A stretch of DNA of 64,000 nucleotides from an uncultured Candidatus Micrarchaeota archaeon (GTDB lineage Archaea > Micrarchaeota > Micrarchaeia > Anstonellales > Bilamarchaeaceae). The position numbers were made by a program, and so were the translations under genes. Below are positions 8,485 through 17,859 of the stretch, piece after piece (the first letter of the stretch is position 1; each line of letters begins with the position of its first letter). Under the pieces are notes generated by a model. The model searched no databases. It was not told the DNA's origin and was given only the letters and a program-made list of their open reading frames with translations. Where the stretch lies: assembly GCA_963791815.1 (NCBI GenBank), contig CAWBTT010000004.1, forward strand, positions 66,215 through 130,214, written 5' to 3'.

Positions 8485-9903
8485 ATGCTATCTGCTCTCT
8501 CCTCCAAAGGGATAAGACTTACCATGGAGGCAGAGGAGCTTGTTAAGACAAACCAGTCAGACGAACTTCTGCGGAAGATAATCTCCCTCGAGAAGAACCT
8601 GATCTCCAAGGAGGACTTGGAACCTCTAATTCAGATGAAGGTAGAAGTAAGAAGGCCTTCTGGATTCGCCCCGATTGCAAAGGAACACTCATCAACCCTT
8701 AAAGTCAATCACAAATACGACGTCACGGGAAAATCCAGGACCAAGGGCGGCGTGGAGAATTTTGTCAGCAACTTCAGGAACCGCTACGAAAGGCTCTCCA
8801 GGATGCTAAGAAGAGTCGGCAGCGGCGGAAACGTTGACCTTGGAGATATTGGAAGGCATGTCAATGAGAAAGTGCGCGTCATAGTCCTTGTTTCCGACAT
8901 CAGAGAAACAAAAAAAGGGAATCTGCTTTTCGAGATTGAGGATTTGACTGGCACTTTCAAGATTGTTGTTTCTAAGTCAAAATACAATGAGAAGATGATT
9001 GAGAAGGCAAGATGCATCCTCAAAGATGATATTGTAGCATTCACAGGGAAAGTGCTTGAGCCTTACATGATAGGGGAGGATGTGGAATGGCCGGATTTGC
9101 CGGTTATTCGTGAAAAAAGAAGGGCTGAAGTTGACCTCGCAAGCGCATACATCTCAGACATTCATTTTGGAAGCAAGTATTTCCTTGACAGGTATCTGAA
9201 AACATTCGTCGACTGGCTCCATGGCAAAGGGGAGGCAAAACAACTGGCAGGGAAAGTGAAATACCTTCACATCGCCGGAGATGTCGTCGACGGAATCGGC
9301 ATTTACCCAAATCAGGAGAAAGAACTCCTGGTAAAGGACATTTTCAAGCAGTATGAGATGCTTGATGATTTCATAGAAAGCCTCCCAGATTACATAGAGG
9401 TCATAATAGGCCCTGGAAACCATGACGCTGTGAGGAGAGGAGACCCTCAGCCAGCTCTGGGAAAAGACCTTGTCAAATCAGATGTTACCCTCGTTGGAAG
9501 CCCGTCCTGTTTCGAGGTTGAAGGGGTTCGGCATCTCATGTACCATGGCAACTCAATAGACTCCATGATTGCCAATATACCAGGAATGTCATACATGCAC
9601 CCTGAGAAGGTCATGGCAGAATACCTGAAAAGAAGGCACTTGTCCCCAATCTACGGCGGAAACCTGATAATCCCGGAGAATGTGGACTACATGGTTATCG
9701 ACGACCCACCCGACATTTTCCATGCCGGCCATGTGCACAAGAACGGCTATATGCAGTACCGTGGAACGTTGATAATCAACTCTGGAACGTGGCAGGATAG
9801 GACAGATTTCCAGGTGAAACAGGGCCATGTCCCCACCCCGGCACTTGTGCCTATTTATGAATTAAAGTACGGCCGGCTGCATACGCTGGACTTCAAATCT
9901 TGA
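8485..9903 (+). CDS. polB: DNA polymerase II (PolD) small subunit DP1
   Basis: Calcineurin-type phosphoesterase motifs are present: HIAGDVVDG, GPGNHDA, HGNSIDS and FHAGHVH. An OB-fold region lies upstream. The size is typical. Confidence 0.9.
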   Translation: MLSALSSKGIRLTMEAEELVKTNQSDELLRKIISLEKNLISKEDLEPLIQMKVEVRRPSGFAPIAKEHSSTLKVNHKYDVTGKSRTKGGVENFVSNFRNRYERLSRMLRRVGSGGNVDLGDIGRHVNEKVRVIVLVSDIRETKKGNLLFEIEDLTGTFKIVVSKSKYNEKMIEKARCILKDDIVAFTGKVLEPYMIGEDVEWPDLPVIREKRRAEVDLASAYISDIHFGSKYFLDRYLKTFVDWLHGKGEAKQLAGKVKYLHIAGDVVDGIGIYPNQEKELLVKDIFKQYEMLDDFIESLPDYIEVIIGPGNHDAVRRGDPQPALGKDLVKSDVTLVGSPSCFEVEGVRHLMYHGNSIDSMIANIPGMSYMHPEKVMAEYLKRRHLSPIYGGNLIIPENVDYMVIDDPPDIFHAGHVHKNGYMQYRGTLIINSGTWQDRTDFQVKQGHVPTPALVPIYELKYGRLHTLDFKS

Positions 9904-9973
9904 CTTCGACGAAGATACGTTTATAAATTTAGACTGCAAATCCTCATTTGACAACATTTATCGTGGTGGTTTA

Positions 9974-10231
9974 ATGTCCAAATATTTAATCGCAAGACAA
10001 CTCTCCGGAAAAAAATTAGTGACTAATGAGGGCGAGGACTTCGGCAGGCTAGTTGACATAGCAGTCAACGAGGTTAGCGGAAGGCTAGAAAACCTCGTTG
10101 TAGAGCCCAACCCTGACAGCGACTTCGCGTCAAAGCTCAGGAAGGACGATGGCATGGTACACATAGCCTATGAAAGTGTTCTTGCAGTCGGCGACTTCAT
10201 TATCGTCGAGAAAAGGAACATGAGTTACTAA
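9974..10231 (+). CDS. PRC-barrel domain protein
   Basis: 85 aa. LSGKKLVTNEGEDFGRLVDIAVNEVSGRLENLVVEP is typical of archaeal stand-alone PRC barrels. Confidence 0.6.
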   Translation: MSKYLIARQLSGKKLVTNEGEDFGRLVDIAVNEVSGRLENLVVEPNPDSDFASKLRKDDGMVHIAYESVLAVGDFIIVEKRNMSY

Positions 10232-10239
10232 CTTTTTAC

Positions 10240-11570
10240 ATTATTACCCCTTAGGTGGGCTAAAGCCCCCAATCTCTATTTATTCTCAAAAAAACTGCTG
10301 TGAACTACCAATGGCCGAAGCCATTGGCTTCCTGTTTCACTGAAGATGCTTGCATGCAGAGGCTTCTTCTCAGCCAGGCTTGACTTTCCCCAATTCCTGA
10401 GGTAGCTCTATTGAGTATATTTATCGCTGCGTTGAGATCTCTATGCATGCTTGCCCCACATGGGCAATCATGCCACCTCTCTGCAAGTCCTTTCTTTTGT
10501 ATTAGTCCACAGCCACTGCACTCCTGTGTGGTATGGGCAGGATCCACCAGTACAACCTCACAACCAGCTCCTTCCGCCTTGTAGTGAAGCATGCTGAGGA
10601 ACTCTGCCCAACTGCAGTCCAGTACATGTTTTGCAAGGAAACCTCTTGCCATTCCAGCAACATTGAGGTTTTCCAATGCAATGAAAGAATATTTCTCAGC
10701 AAGCTTTCTGCTGATTTTATGAAGGAAATCCCTTCTTTTGTTGGCAAGATTCTCATAGGCTACTGCTACCTTGAGCCTTGCTTTTCTTCTGTTTTTGCTG
10801 CCTTTCTCTTTCTTCGATAACTGCCATTGCCTATCTCTCAACCCCTGTTCTGCTTGCTTCAGATGTCTTGGATTTTCAATAACTGCCCCAGTACTAAGAT
10901 AAGCAAAATATCCTATGCCAAGGTCGATACCTATAGCTGCTCCTTGTTTCTTCTTAGGTGGTTTGCTCTCCATCTCAGAAGTAAAGATAGCAAACCATTT
11001 TCCAGAGGGGGATTTCTTTATCGTCAATGTCTTGGTTGTGCCCAGGATGTTCCTGTGCTTTTTGATTGCAATTTTTCCAATTCCAGAAAGAAGCAGTTTA
11101 TCTCCTAGCTTGAAGCCAAACTGGGGATAGGTGAAAGATTTCACCCTTTCGATTGATTTGAACCTGGGGAAACCTACCTTTTTCCCTGCCTTCTTTCTTG
11201 CAATTACTCCCTTCGAGGATTTTGTAAGCCTGTCAGCGACATTCTGTGCAACCTGGGAGAAGAGAACGGTTTCCTTTGTCATGAGATATAACTCTCTTCT
11301 TGTTGGGAACTTTTCAGTTTTTTTATGATATGTTTTTGTATACTCAAGAAGAGAGTTCCAGAGATACTTGCATTCATGAAGATAACTGTGCAACTCCTTC
11401 TCTTGGATTTTTGAAGGGTACAGACGGTATTGCCATGCTCTATTTGTCCCCATAAGAAGAATAGCAAAAGCAGATTTATATGGAAGAACCAACACACCCC
11501 ATGTCCGCGGAAATGATGTTTGAAGGCACTCTCACCCCACCTCTAAACAAGTGGAATTTTCCGTGCCTAA
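10240..11570 (-). mobile_element. Solo TnpB element (IS200/IS605 family, IS1341-like; no tnpA); ends approximate
   Basis: tnpB is flanked by hairpin-forming sequences. GGGC-TAAA-GCCC lies at 10257-10268, downstream of the stop. AGGCAC...CCAC-N10-GTGG...GTGCCT lies at 11524-11568, upstream of the start. Confidence 0.5.
10305..11453 (-). CDS. tnpB: TnpB / IS605 OrfB-type RNA-guided endonuclease
   Basis: The N-terminus RAWQYRLYPS is typical. The RuvC triad blocks are GIDLGI, ALENLNV and HRDLNAAINIL. A Zn finger CSGCG...CPCG is present. ATG 11453 is preferred to the longer ORF start. Confidence 0.85.
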   Translation of the reverse strand: MGTNRAWQYRLYPSKIQEKELHSYLHECKYLWNSLLEYTKTYHKKTEKFPTRRELYLMTKETVLFSQVAQNVADRLTKSSKGVIARKKAGKKVGFPRFKSIERVKSFTYPQFGFKLGDKLLLSGIGKIAIKKHRNILGTTKTLTIKKSPSGKWFAIFTSEMESKPPKKKQGAAIGIDLGIGYFAYLSTGAVIENPRHLKQAEQGLRDRQWQLSKKEKGSKNRRKARLKVAVAYENLANKRRDFLHKISRKLAEKYSFIALENLNVAGMARGFLAKHVLDCSWAEFLSMLHYKAEGAGCEVVLVDPAHTTQECSGCGLIQKKGLAERWHDCPCGASMHRDLNAAINILNRATSGIGESQAWLRRSLCMQASSVKQEANGFGHW

Positions 11571-11605
11571 GAACTTAAATTAGGATTTGTCCTATTATTT
11601 ACCAT

Positions 11606-12247
11606 ATGCAGACGTACATCGCAGGGATAGACGAAGCTGGCAGGGGGCCCGTTCTTGGACCTTTGGTTGTTTGCTGCGCATTCTGCAGAAGGGCAGATGA
11701 GAAACGCCTCAAGAAACTGGAGGTGCGTGACTCGAAAAGACTCAGCCCTGGCCAGAGAGAGGCGATGTACGCTGAATTGAAGAAATTCTGCACCTTCAAA
11801 TGGATTGAAATCAGCGCAGCTGACCTGAATAAGCTAATGGCTGAGCTCTCTTTGAACGATATTGAGGCTAACGCGATGGCAGACCTGGTGAAACAGGTTG
11901 ATGATGCTGATGTTATGATTGACATGCCTGACCGCTATTCCTGGACCTTCCGAGGCAGGATGCAACGATTTGGCGTGAGCCGCTTTGAGGCTGAGCACAA
12001 GGCAGATGACAAGTACCCGATAGTTTCAGCAGCATCAATCTGCGCAAAAGTCATAAGAGACGGAAAGATAGATGAGATAAAGAAGGCCACATGCGATTTT
12101 GGAAGCGGCTACCCTGGAGACAAAAAAACAATGGAAGCGCTCCGGGATAAGGAGAAACTAAAGATGCTTGGGCCATTCATCCGCAAAAGATGGAAGACCA
12201 TAGAAAATTTGAGCCAAACAAAACTATTTGAGGGAGACAATGATTAA
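11606..12247 (+). CDS. rnhB: Ribonuclease HII
   Basis: IAGIDEAGRGPVLGPLVV, VRDSKRLSP and SAASICAKV are present. Confidence 0.9.
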   Translation: MQTYIAGIDEAGRGPVLGPLVVCCAFCRRADEKRLKKLEVRDSKRLSPGQREAMYAELKKFCTFKWIEISAADLNKLMAELSLNDIEANAMADLVKQVDDADVMIDMPDRYSWTFRGRMQRFGVSRFEAEHKADDKYPIVSAASICAKVIRDGKIDEIKKATCDFGSGYPGDKKTMEALRDKEKLKMLGPFIRKRWKTIENLSQTKLFEGDND

Positions 12248-12527
12248 GGTCAAAATAATCAATGACAGCATCACATTTGAGGTTCCAAAATCATCAAGAA
12301 TAGCTGATTATTTGCCTGAAGACTGCGGCATTATGTTCGGCTGCAGAAGGGGAACCTGCGGCACATGCTTGTGCACAATCAGAACAGGCGAAGAGAACCT
12401 TGTGGCAGTCAGCCAGCAGGAAGAGGAGACTGTCCGCAAAGCAGGCGGGATACCGACTCAAAGGCTGGCCTGCAGGCTCTGGACAAAAGAAATAGAAAAA
12501 GAAGGGGAAATAGAGATAGAATACTAG
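12240..12527 (+). CDS. 2Fe-2S ferredoxin-like protein
   Basis: CRRGTCGTC gives the C-x4-C-x2-C pattern, with a distal Cys in RLACRL. The protein is about 95 aa. Confidence 0.6.
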   Translation: MIKVKIINDSITFEVPKSSRIADYLPEDCGIMFGCRRGTCGTCLCTIRTGEENLVAVSQQEEETVRKAGGIPTQRLACRLWTKEIEKEGEIEIEY

Positions 12528-13252
12528 TTCTCAATCGCGTTGACAGTTATCTTTCCTGTCATTGCCTTGTGTGTGGTTGCGTAGTATTCGCAGTCGATTG
12601 CCTGGTTCATTGTGAGAGTTACGCTCTTTCCTGATGCAAGTATGTCAGTATCAAATATTTCCTTGCCGTCGATGAAACAGGTTGCTGAGCGCGGGAATGA
12701 ACCCTCGTTCACAAAAGTTACCTTGTCTGAGACAGTAACGGTCAGTTCAGCAGGCTCATAGGCGAAATCCTGAATCTTGACAGTGTACTCCTTTGGAACA
12801 TATACCTCAGGTTCTTCCTCCTCAACAGAGAATGAGACGCTCTTCGTTATCCTTGGAGAATATGAAGTTCCGTCATTATGTAGGAGCTCAACCTCTGCGG
12901 TGTGTGAGCCTTCTTCCATCCCTGAGATTACGTAAATCTTGCTTGAGGATGTGTCTGTTGCACCATTGTCAACCGTAATCTTGAAGTGGCCCTCACCAAT
13001 TTTCTTTGAGCCGCCCTTCGACCTTAGGATGAGGTTGGATGTACTCATCACAAGATTGACATCTCCAGGGGCAGTGTCCACCATCAGAACCTCACCGCTA
13101 AGTGGGCTCGTTATTGAAAACGAAGGCGTTGGAGGCGGTGGTGGTGGAGGTGGCGGAGTCACATTCTCAGTCACGTTCACTTCTTCTTCGAATATTACAC
13201 ACCCGGTAAGGGTGATTGAAGCCAGTAATAAAACAAGCACGAGTGATTTCAT
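12524..13252 (-). CDS. Lipoprotein with a cupredoxin-like C-terminal domain (copper ligands degenerate)
   Basis: Signal peptide with lipobox LTGC, then a P10 linker. The C-terminal block F.YEPAELTVTVSDKVTFVN....YYATTHKAMTGKITV follows the plastocyanin/amicyanin pattern. The first His ligand and the Cys ligand position are not conserved. Confidence 0.45.
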   Translation of the reverse strand: MKSLVLVLLLASITLTGCVIFEEEVNVTENVTPPPPPPPPPTPSFSITSPLSGEVLMVDTAPGDVNLVMSTSNLILRSKGGSKKIGEGHFKITVDNGATDTSSSKIYVISGMEEGSHTAEVELLHNDGTSYSPRITKSVSFSVEEEEPEVYVPKEYTVKIQDFAYEPAELTVTVSDKVTFVNEGSFPRSATCFIDGKEIFDTDILASGKSVTLTMNQAIDCEYYATTHKAMTGKITVNAIEN

Positions 13253-13273
13253 GGTGAGATGTACTAAGCTTCA

Positions 13274-13281
13274 TTATAAAA
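13274..13281 (+). promoter_or_regulatory. Candidate TATA box (TTATAAAA)
   Basis: Centred about 25 nt upstream of ATG 13303, which fits a leaderless archaeal mRNA. Confidence 0.35.
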
Positions 13282-13302
13282 ACATTACCCAGCCGTCTAT
13301 GA

Positions 13303-13946
13303 ATGATGATAAAGGCAGTTCTGTTTGACTTTGACGGAGTCATTGTAAAATCTGAGGATGTTCACAGAAAAACTTTCATGGACCTTATGACAATGGAGAT
13401 TCCAGAGGAGAGATGGTTCAGGGAATTCGCTGGCACCGGTTCGAGAAAGATTTTCAAGAAGCTCCTTGATGAGAAAGGGGAAGAAAAGGACCTCAATAAT
13501 TTGGTTGATGAAAGACGGGACATGTTCAACGGGTATGTTGAGGGCGGGAGAATCCCGGAGATGCCTGGCCTGACTTCATTCCTTGACAGCCTGGATGCCT
13601 CAGGGATAAAGAGCGCGATTGTTTCCGGTGGGCACAGGGGCTACATAGAAAGGCTGATTGAGATGCTTGGAATTGCAAAAAGATTCCAGTACATTGTCAG
13701 CGCTGATGACATTCCTTATCGGAAACCTGACCCTGAGCCGTTCCTGCTAGCTGCCAAAGAACTTGGAGTCCGGCCTGATGAATGCCTGGTTATTGAGGAT
13801 TCTTATTCAGGGTGCCAGGCGGCAAGAAGCGCGGGATGAAACTGGTGTGGATGAGGCCATACCCAGAAATGAACGCTCCTGAATGTGATTTGGCGATTGA
13901 TGATTTCACAAGCCCGAAACTGGCCGAATTCATGAAACCCCAATAG
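13303..13946 (+). pseudogene. HAD-superfamily hydrolase (beta-phosphoglucomutase-like) with a 3' frameshift
   Basis: DxDG motif in AVLFDFDGVIV. The ORF stops after ...QAARSAG (13837-13839). The expected continuation MKLVWM...APECDLAIDDF is in the next frame (13836-13946). This implies a 1-nt loss at GCGGGATG. Confidence 0.7.
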
Positions 13947-14004
13947 TTATTAACTCTGAGGAGCATAATATTTCTGGTCGGAAATTCCGTCTCAAGGGAT
14001 TTAT

Positions 14005-15174
14005 ATGATTAGACTTGAGCTGGACCGAAAAGCCATTGTTGTGAAGGAACCATCTGCGGTTACTTCTTTGCAAAACGGTTTTTACGGTCAGATGAAAAAA
14101 GGAATAATTACACTCGCGCCAGAGGAAGCGCTGTACATCATGGATATCAGGAATGGCAGATGCTATGACAAGGCAGGGAACATCTACTCTTTCAATGAGG
14201 TTGCCGCATTTTTCCTGAAAAACAAGAAATTGCTTGCCAAATATCTTACATATAAGGACTGGAGAGACAAGGGACTTATTCTCAGGCCCCCTCAGGAAGC
14301 TGAGGGCAATTATGGAAGGACAGTCCTCTCAAAGTATGAAAGTTCGAAATTCAGGATAGATTCATTCTCATTTAACGGCCTGTTTTTCCCCCAGGACCTG
14401 ATAACCCTGATTGATGAGGAGAGGGTGGGCAAAGAGCTTTACCAAAGGTATTGGATTGGCCAATTCGGAACTTACAAGGCAGCCCACAGGGGAAGGATTA
14501 GCAAGCTCGACATTTTCGAGACAATATTCCTCCTTCGCCACGGGAAATTGAGGCTGAAAAACACCTCGCTCAAGGAAGTTGAGGCTGCTGCCAAGAAGAG
14601 AATAGAGTTCTTCAATGACCTCTACCTTGTTTACGAGGACTGGAGAGGGCGAGGGTATGTCCTCAAGACAGGCTTCAAGTTCGGGACCCATTTCAGGATT
14701 TATTTCCCAGGAGCATCCCCTGTAAAAACAGAGGAGAAATGGATGCACTCAAGACATGTCATCCATGTGTTCCCAAGGAAGCATAAGCAGATTATTTCAG
14801 AGTGGGCAAGGGCAATCAGGGTGGCGCACAGCGTGAAGAAGACCTTCATACTCGCAATCCCTGGAAAGAAAACGCCGATAAAGGTGAATCCAAAGAAACC
14901 AAGGCTGGATTTCCTCCTCTATCACAGGAAAAAAGGCGGAATTGAAACTCCTAGGGACGGCACCCCCAAGTACCTGATGTATTCTCTTACTGAGGATGAA
15001 TATATCGGAGGGGAAGAGCTTGCAAAGGCTTTGGCTGAATGTGAGCACTATGGCCTTGAGATGATGATGGCCATAAGCGACCGGGAGAGCAGCGTCACAT
15101 ATTACCTGATTAGGAAAATAGACCTTCCTGGAAGCGAATACGAGTACTTTGAAATCGAATGGATTCAACCATAA
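14005..15174 (+). CDS. endA: tRNA-splicing endonuclease, long multi-unit form
   Basis: The catalytic unit is YLVYEDWRGRGYVLKTGFKFGTHFRIYFPG ... HSRHVIHV ... AHSVKKTF (Y/H/K). A degenerate N-terminal copy (LTYKDWRDKGLILRP) is present, plus about 100 extra C-terminal residues. Total length is 389 aa. Confidence 0.8.
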   Translation: MIRLELDRKAIVVKEPSAVTSLQNGFYGQMKKGIITLAPEEALYIMDIRNGRCYDKAGNIYSFNEVAAFFLKNKKLLAKYLTYKDWRDKGLILRPPQEAEGNYGRTVLSKYESSKFRIDSFSFNGLFFPQDLITLIDEERVGKELYQRYWIGQFGTYKAAHRGRISKLDIFETIFLLRHGKLRLKNTSLKEVEAAAKKRIEFFNDLYLVYEDWRGRGYVLKTGFKFGTHFRIYFPGASPVKTEEKWMHSRHVIHVFPRKHKQIISEWARAIRVAHSVKKTFILAIPGKKTPIKVNPKKPRLDFLLYHRKKGGIETPRDGTPKYLMYSLTEDEYIGGEELAKALAECEHYGLEMMMAISDRESSVTYYLIRKIDLPGSEYEYFEIEWIQP

Positions 15175-15209
15175 ATGTTACTGAACAAAAACAATAACAG
15201 GTGAGAATA

Positions 15210-15486
15210 ATGGAAGTAAGAGCAAGCCACATTCTTGTGGAAGATGAATCAAAGGCAAACGAACTGAAAAAAGAGATTGACGGCGGATATGATTTCGCTA
15301 AAGTTGCAAAGAAGAACTCAAAATGCCCAAGCGGCCAGTCTGGCGGTGATTTGGGATTCTTTGGCAAAGGAATCGATGGTGAAGGAGTTTGAGGAAACGG
15401 CATTTTCACTTGAGGTCGGCCAGGTCTCAGAGCCGATAAAGACCCAGTTCGGGTACCACCTTATCCTCGTCACAGAGAAGAAATAG
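15210..15486 (+). pseudogene. Parvulin-type peptidyl-prolyl isomerase (PpiC) with a frameshift
   Basis: ASHILV...[15 protein letters not shown] is in one frame. (K)[34 protein letters not shown] is in the next. The junction is at the AAA run 15366-15368. Confidence 0.75.
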
Positions 15487-15521
15487 TTATTTAAAGTAAT
15501 TGTTTCATAATTTGTAATGGT

Positions 15522-16166
15522 GTGTATATGAATAAGGTAGCCTTATTGTCCGTGTTGCTTCTCGTAACGCCAGGCTTTGCTGCCATAATTGAGTCAGGAG
15601 ACAATGGCGTGCAGTTCGCAATCGATACTGCAGATGCCCAATGCAATGAGGAGAATGTTCAGGCGGTTTACCACTGCCTTGGCAACATTGTCCGCGTAGT
15701 TTCATCTATCGAAGGCGAGGGCAGCACATTCTACAAGCCAGACGGCAGGGTTATCCACTGTCCGATTGCTCCGCCATCAGAGATGGGAGCAGAGTGTCTC
15801 CAGATGATGACCCCTAATTACTGTCCTACCGAGGCAGAGTGCGGAAACGCCACTGTGCCACAGGTATTCCCAGGGCAGAATGACACACCAGAGCAGACAG
15901 GGGACGATGACTACTACATAATTGAGGGCGAAGAGGTTGTTCCACAGGAGGAAGAGCCTGTACCCGAAGTTGTGCCAGAGCCTGACCCCCAGCCGGTTAA
16001 GACTGAAAAACCGCCTAAACTGGAAAACAAAGAGGAAGAGATTCCAGCAGCCACTGAAAATAAAGTGGACAACCTGCTAAGCGACCTTACATGGGTCATT
16101 CTCATCCTTGGCGTAGTTTCAGTTGCAGTGCTGTTCATGCTTTTCAAGAAGAGCATTAACGAGTGA
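15522..16166 (+). CDS. Secreted Cys-containing protein with a Pro/Glu linker and C-terminal TM anchor
   Basis: N-terminal signal-like helix, then an acidic PE-rich stretch, then the C-terminal helix VILILGVVSVAVLFMLF. Confidence 0.4.
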   Translation: MYMNKVALLSVLLLVTPGFAAIIESGDNGVQFAIDTADAQCNEENVQAVYHCLGNIVRVVSSIEGEGSTFYKPDGRVIHCPIAPPSEMGAECLQMMTPNYCPTEAECGNATVPQVFPGQNDTPEQTGDDDYYIIEGEEVVPQEEEPVPEVVPEPDPQPVKTEKPPKLENKEEEIPAATENKVDNLLSDLTWVILILGVVSVAVLFMLFKKSINE

Positions 16167-16172
16167 TGAAAC

Positions 16173-16565
16173 ATGATTCAGAAGAGAAAAATCGAGCAGC
16201 CCAGAACGAAACAGGAAGGAAAGTCAGAATTTATGAGAAGAGGCCCATTCCCAAATCAGAAGGAGTTTGATTTGCATCTGCTTTCAGCGTGCCTGAGTGG
16301 GAGAACGACACTTGCAAAGGATGCCCTCGATAAGGGAGCTAACCCGAACGCCAAAGACCCTGATGGAAAAACAATGCTCATGATAGTGGCAATGGAAAAT
16401 TTCTATGAGATCGGAAAGCTCCTGATTGCAGCGAAGCGGACGCCGCGGCAAAAGACAAGAATGGATTCAGTGCGTTCTCTTATGTCGAACATGTTCGGTA
16501 GCAAGGACATGAGAAGGCTGCTTGAGCGAAGTGGCTTAGCTCTTTGGAACTTTGACTTTTCTTAA
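16173..16565 (+). pseudogene. Ankyrin-repeat protein with two frameshifts
   Basis: GANPNAKDPDGKTMLMIVA...LLIAA is in frame 1. ADAAAKDKNGFSAFSYVEHV is in another frame. GSKDMRRLLERSGL is back in frame 1. Shifts are near 16433-16436 and 16490-16497. Confidence 0.55.
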
Positions 16566-16579
16566 CCAGCCGTTTTCTT

Positions 16580-17859
16580 TCAACAGAAACTAAGTTCAGA
16601 CCATTCTTTGTCAGTGAATTGGTAGTCCAGGACACTTTCAGCTTTGGATTTGTCGATTCGCATGAATGTGGTTCCTTTCTTCTCGCAATACTTGACAAGC
16701 TTGCCAGCCCTCTCATGCGCCTCGCGGAAAGGAACATTGTTCATTGCAAGGTAGTCTGCGATTTCAGTTGCCTGGGCAAAGCCTGAATCCAAATCAGCCA
16801 CTATTTTTTCACTATCGAATTTCATGCTGGAAATCACAGTACCCATTATCGCAAGTGAAGAGTTTGCGGTTTCGATTCCCTGCATTAGGGCATACTTGGT
16901 CTCCTGCATGTCGGAATGGTAGCCTGAAATCAAGCCCTTCTTGACTGTGAGGACATGAATCAGGTTTCCGTAGACCCTGCCAGCTCTTGCACGTACGAGC
17001 TCCAGGATATCAGGATTCTTTTTGTTTGGCATGATGCTGCTCCCAGTGCATAAATCATCAGGCAATTGGATTAGCCCTTTTTCAGAGAGCCAGATTATTT
17101 CTTCTGCCAATCCTGAGAGGCGTGCCATCATTATGCTGAGGTTGGAGAGCAGTTCCGCTTCCATCTCCCCCCGAGATGTGATTGTGTCAAGCTCGTTTTC
17201 CTGGACGCTCTCAAAACCAAGAAGCTTGGTTGTGTATTCCCGGTCAATATTCCAGTTTGTCCCTGCAATTGCGCATGCTCCAAGAGGATTCTTGTTCACT
17301 CTCGAATAGCAGGATTTCAGCCTCTCATAATCCCTCTGCAATCCATGGACAAGCGCATCTGCCCAAAAGCTTACTGTGATTGGCTGGGCGATTCTTGTGT
17401 GGGTATAGCCTGCCATTGGCCCATCATCGAGTTTCGAAAGGGCATTCTGGAGGGATTTGATTCCTTCCATTGACTCAGTGATGCCATCGCGCATATACAT
17501 GCGCATATCAACAAGCACCTGATCATTCCTTGACCTTCCAGTGTGCATCTTTTTTCCATGAGGGGTCTTGGCTGTTACTGCGGCTTCGACATTCATGTGC
17601 ACATCCTCTAAGGGACGGGTCAAGGACAAGCTCTCCATTTTCCCAATCAGCAAGGATTTCTTTGAGGGCAGCAAGGATTTTGTCTGCTTCCTCTGGTTTT
17701 AGGATTTTCTGCCTTCTTGAGCATTTTCACATGGGCTATGCTGCCGAGAATGTCGTATTTGACAAGCTTGGAGTCTAACCCGATGTTCTCAACACTGTTG
17801 AACTCAAGAACTTCCTTCTTCGGACCTTTGGAAAACCGTCCGCCCCAGAGCTTCTTCAT
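16580..17859 (-). pseudogene. argH: Argininosuccinate lyase with two frameshifts near the 5' end
   Basis: WGGRFS..., TGRSRNDQV and GSSIMPNKKNP are present. The reading path needs frame changes at the T-run 17705-17708 and at GGG 17612-17614. The restored text is ...KKAEILKPEEADKILAALKEILADWENGELVLDPSLEDVHMNVE. Confidence 0.85.

Noticed and set aside
12939-13328. 129-aa ORF containing a poly-Gly run
   Set aside because: It is mostly the antisense of the lipoprotein gene, where poly-Pro reads as poly-Gly. Only its last ~25 codons (the RCTKLHYK stretch) are discussed separately.
13303-13356. ATGATGA ... CTGA spacing reminiscent of a C/D-box sRNA
   Set aside because: It lies inside the HAD coding sequence. 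The internal D'/C' boxes are poor and there is no terminal stem, so it is most likely chance.
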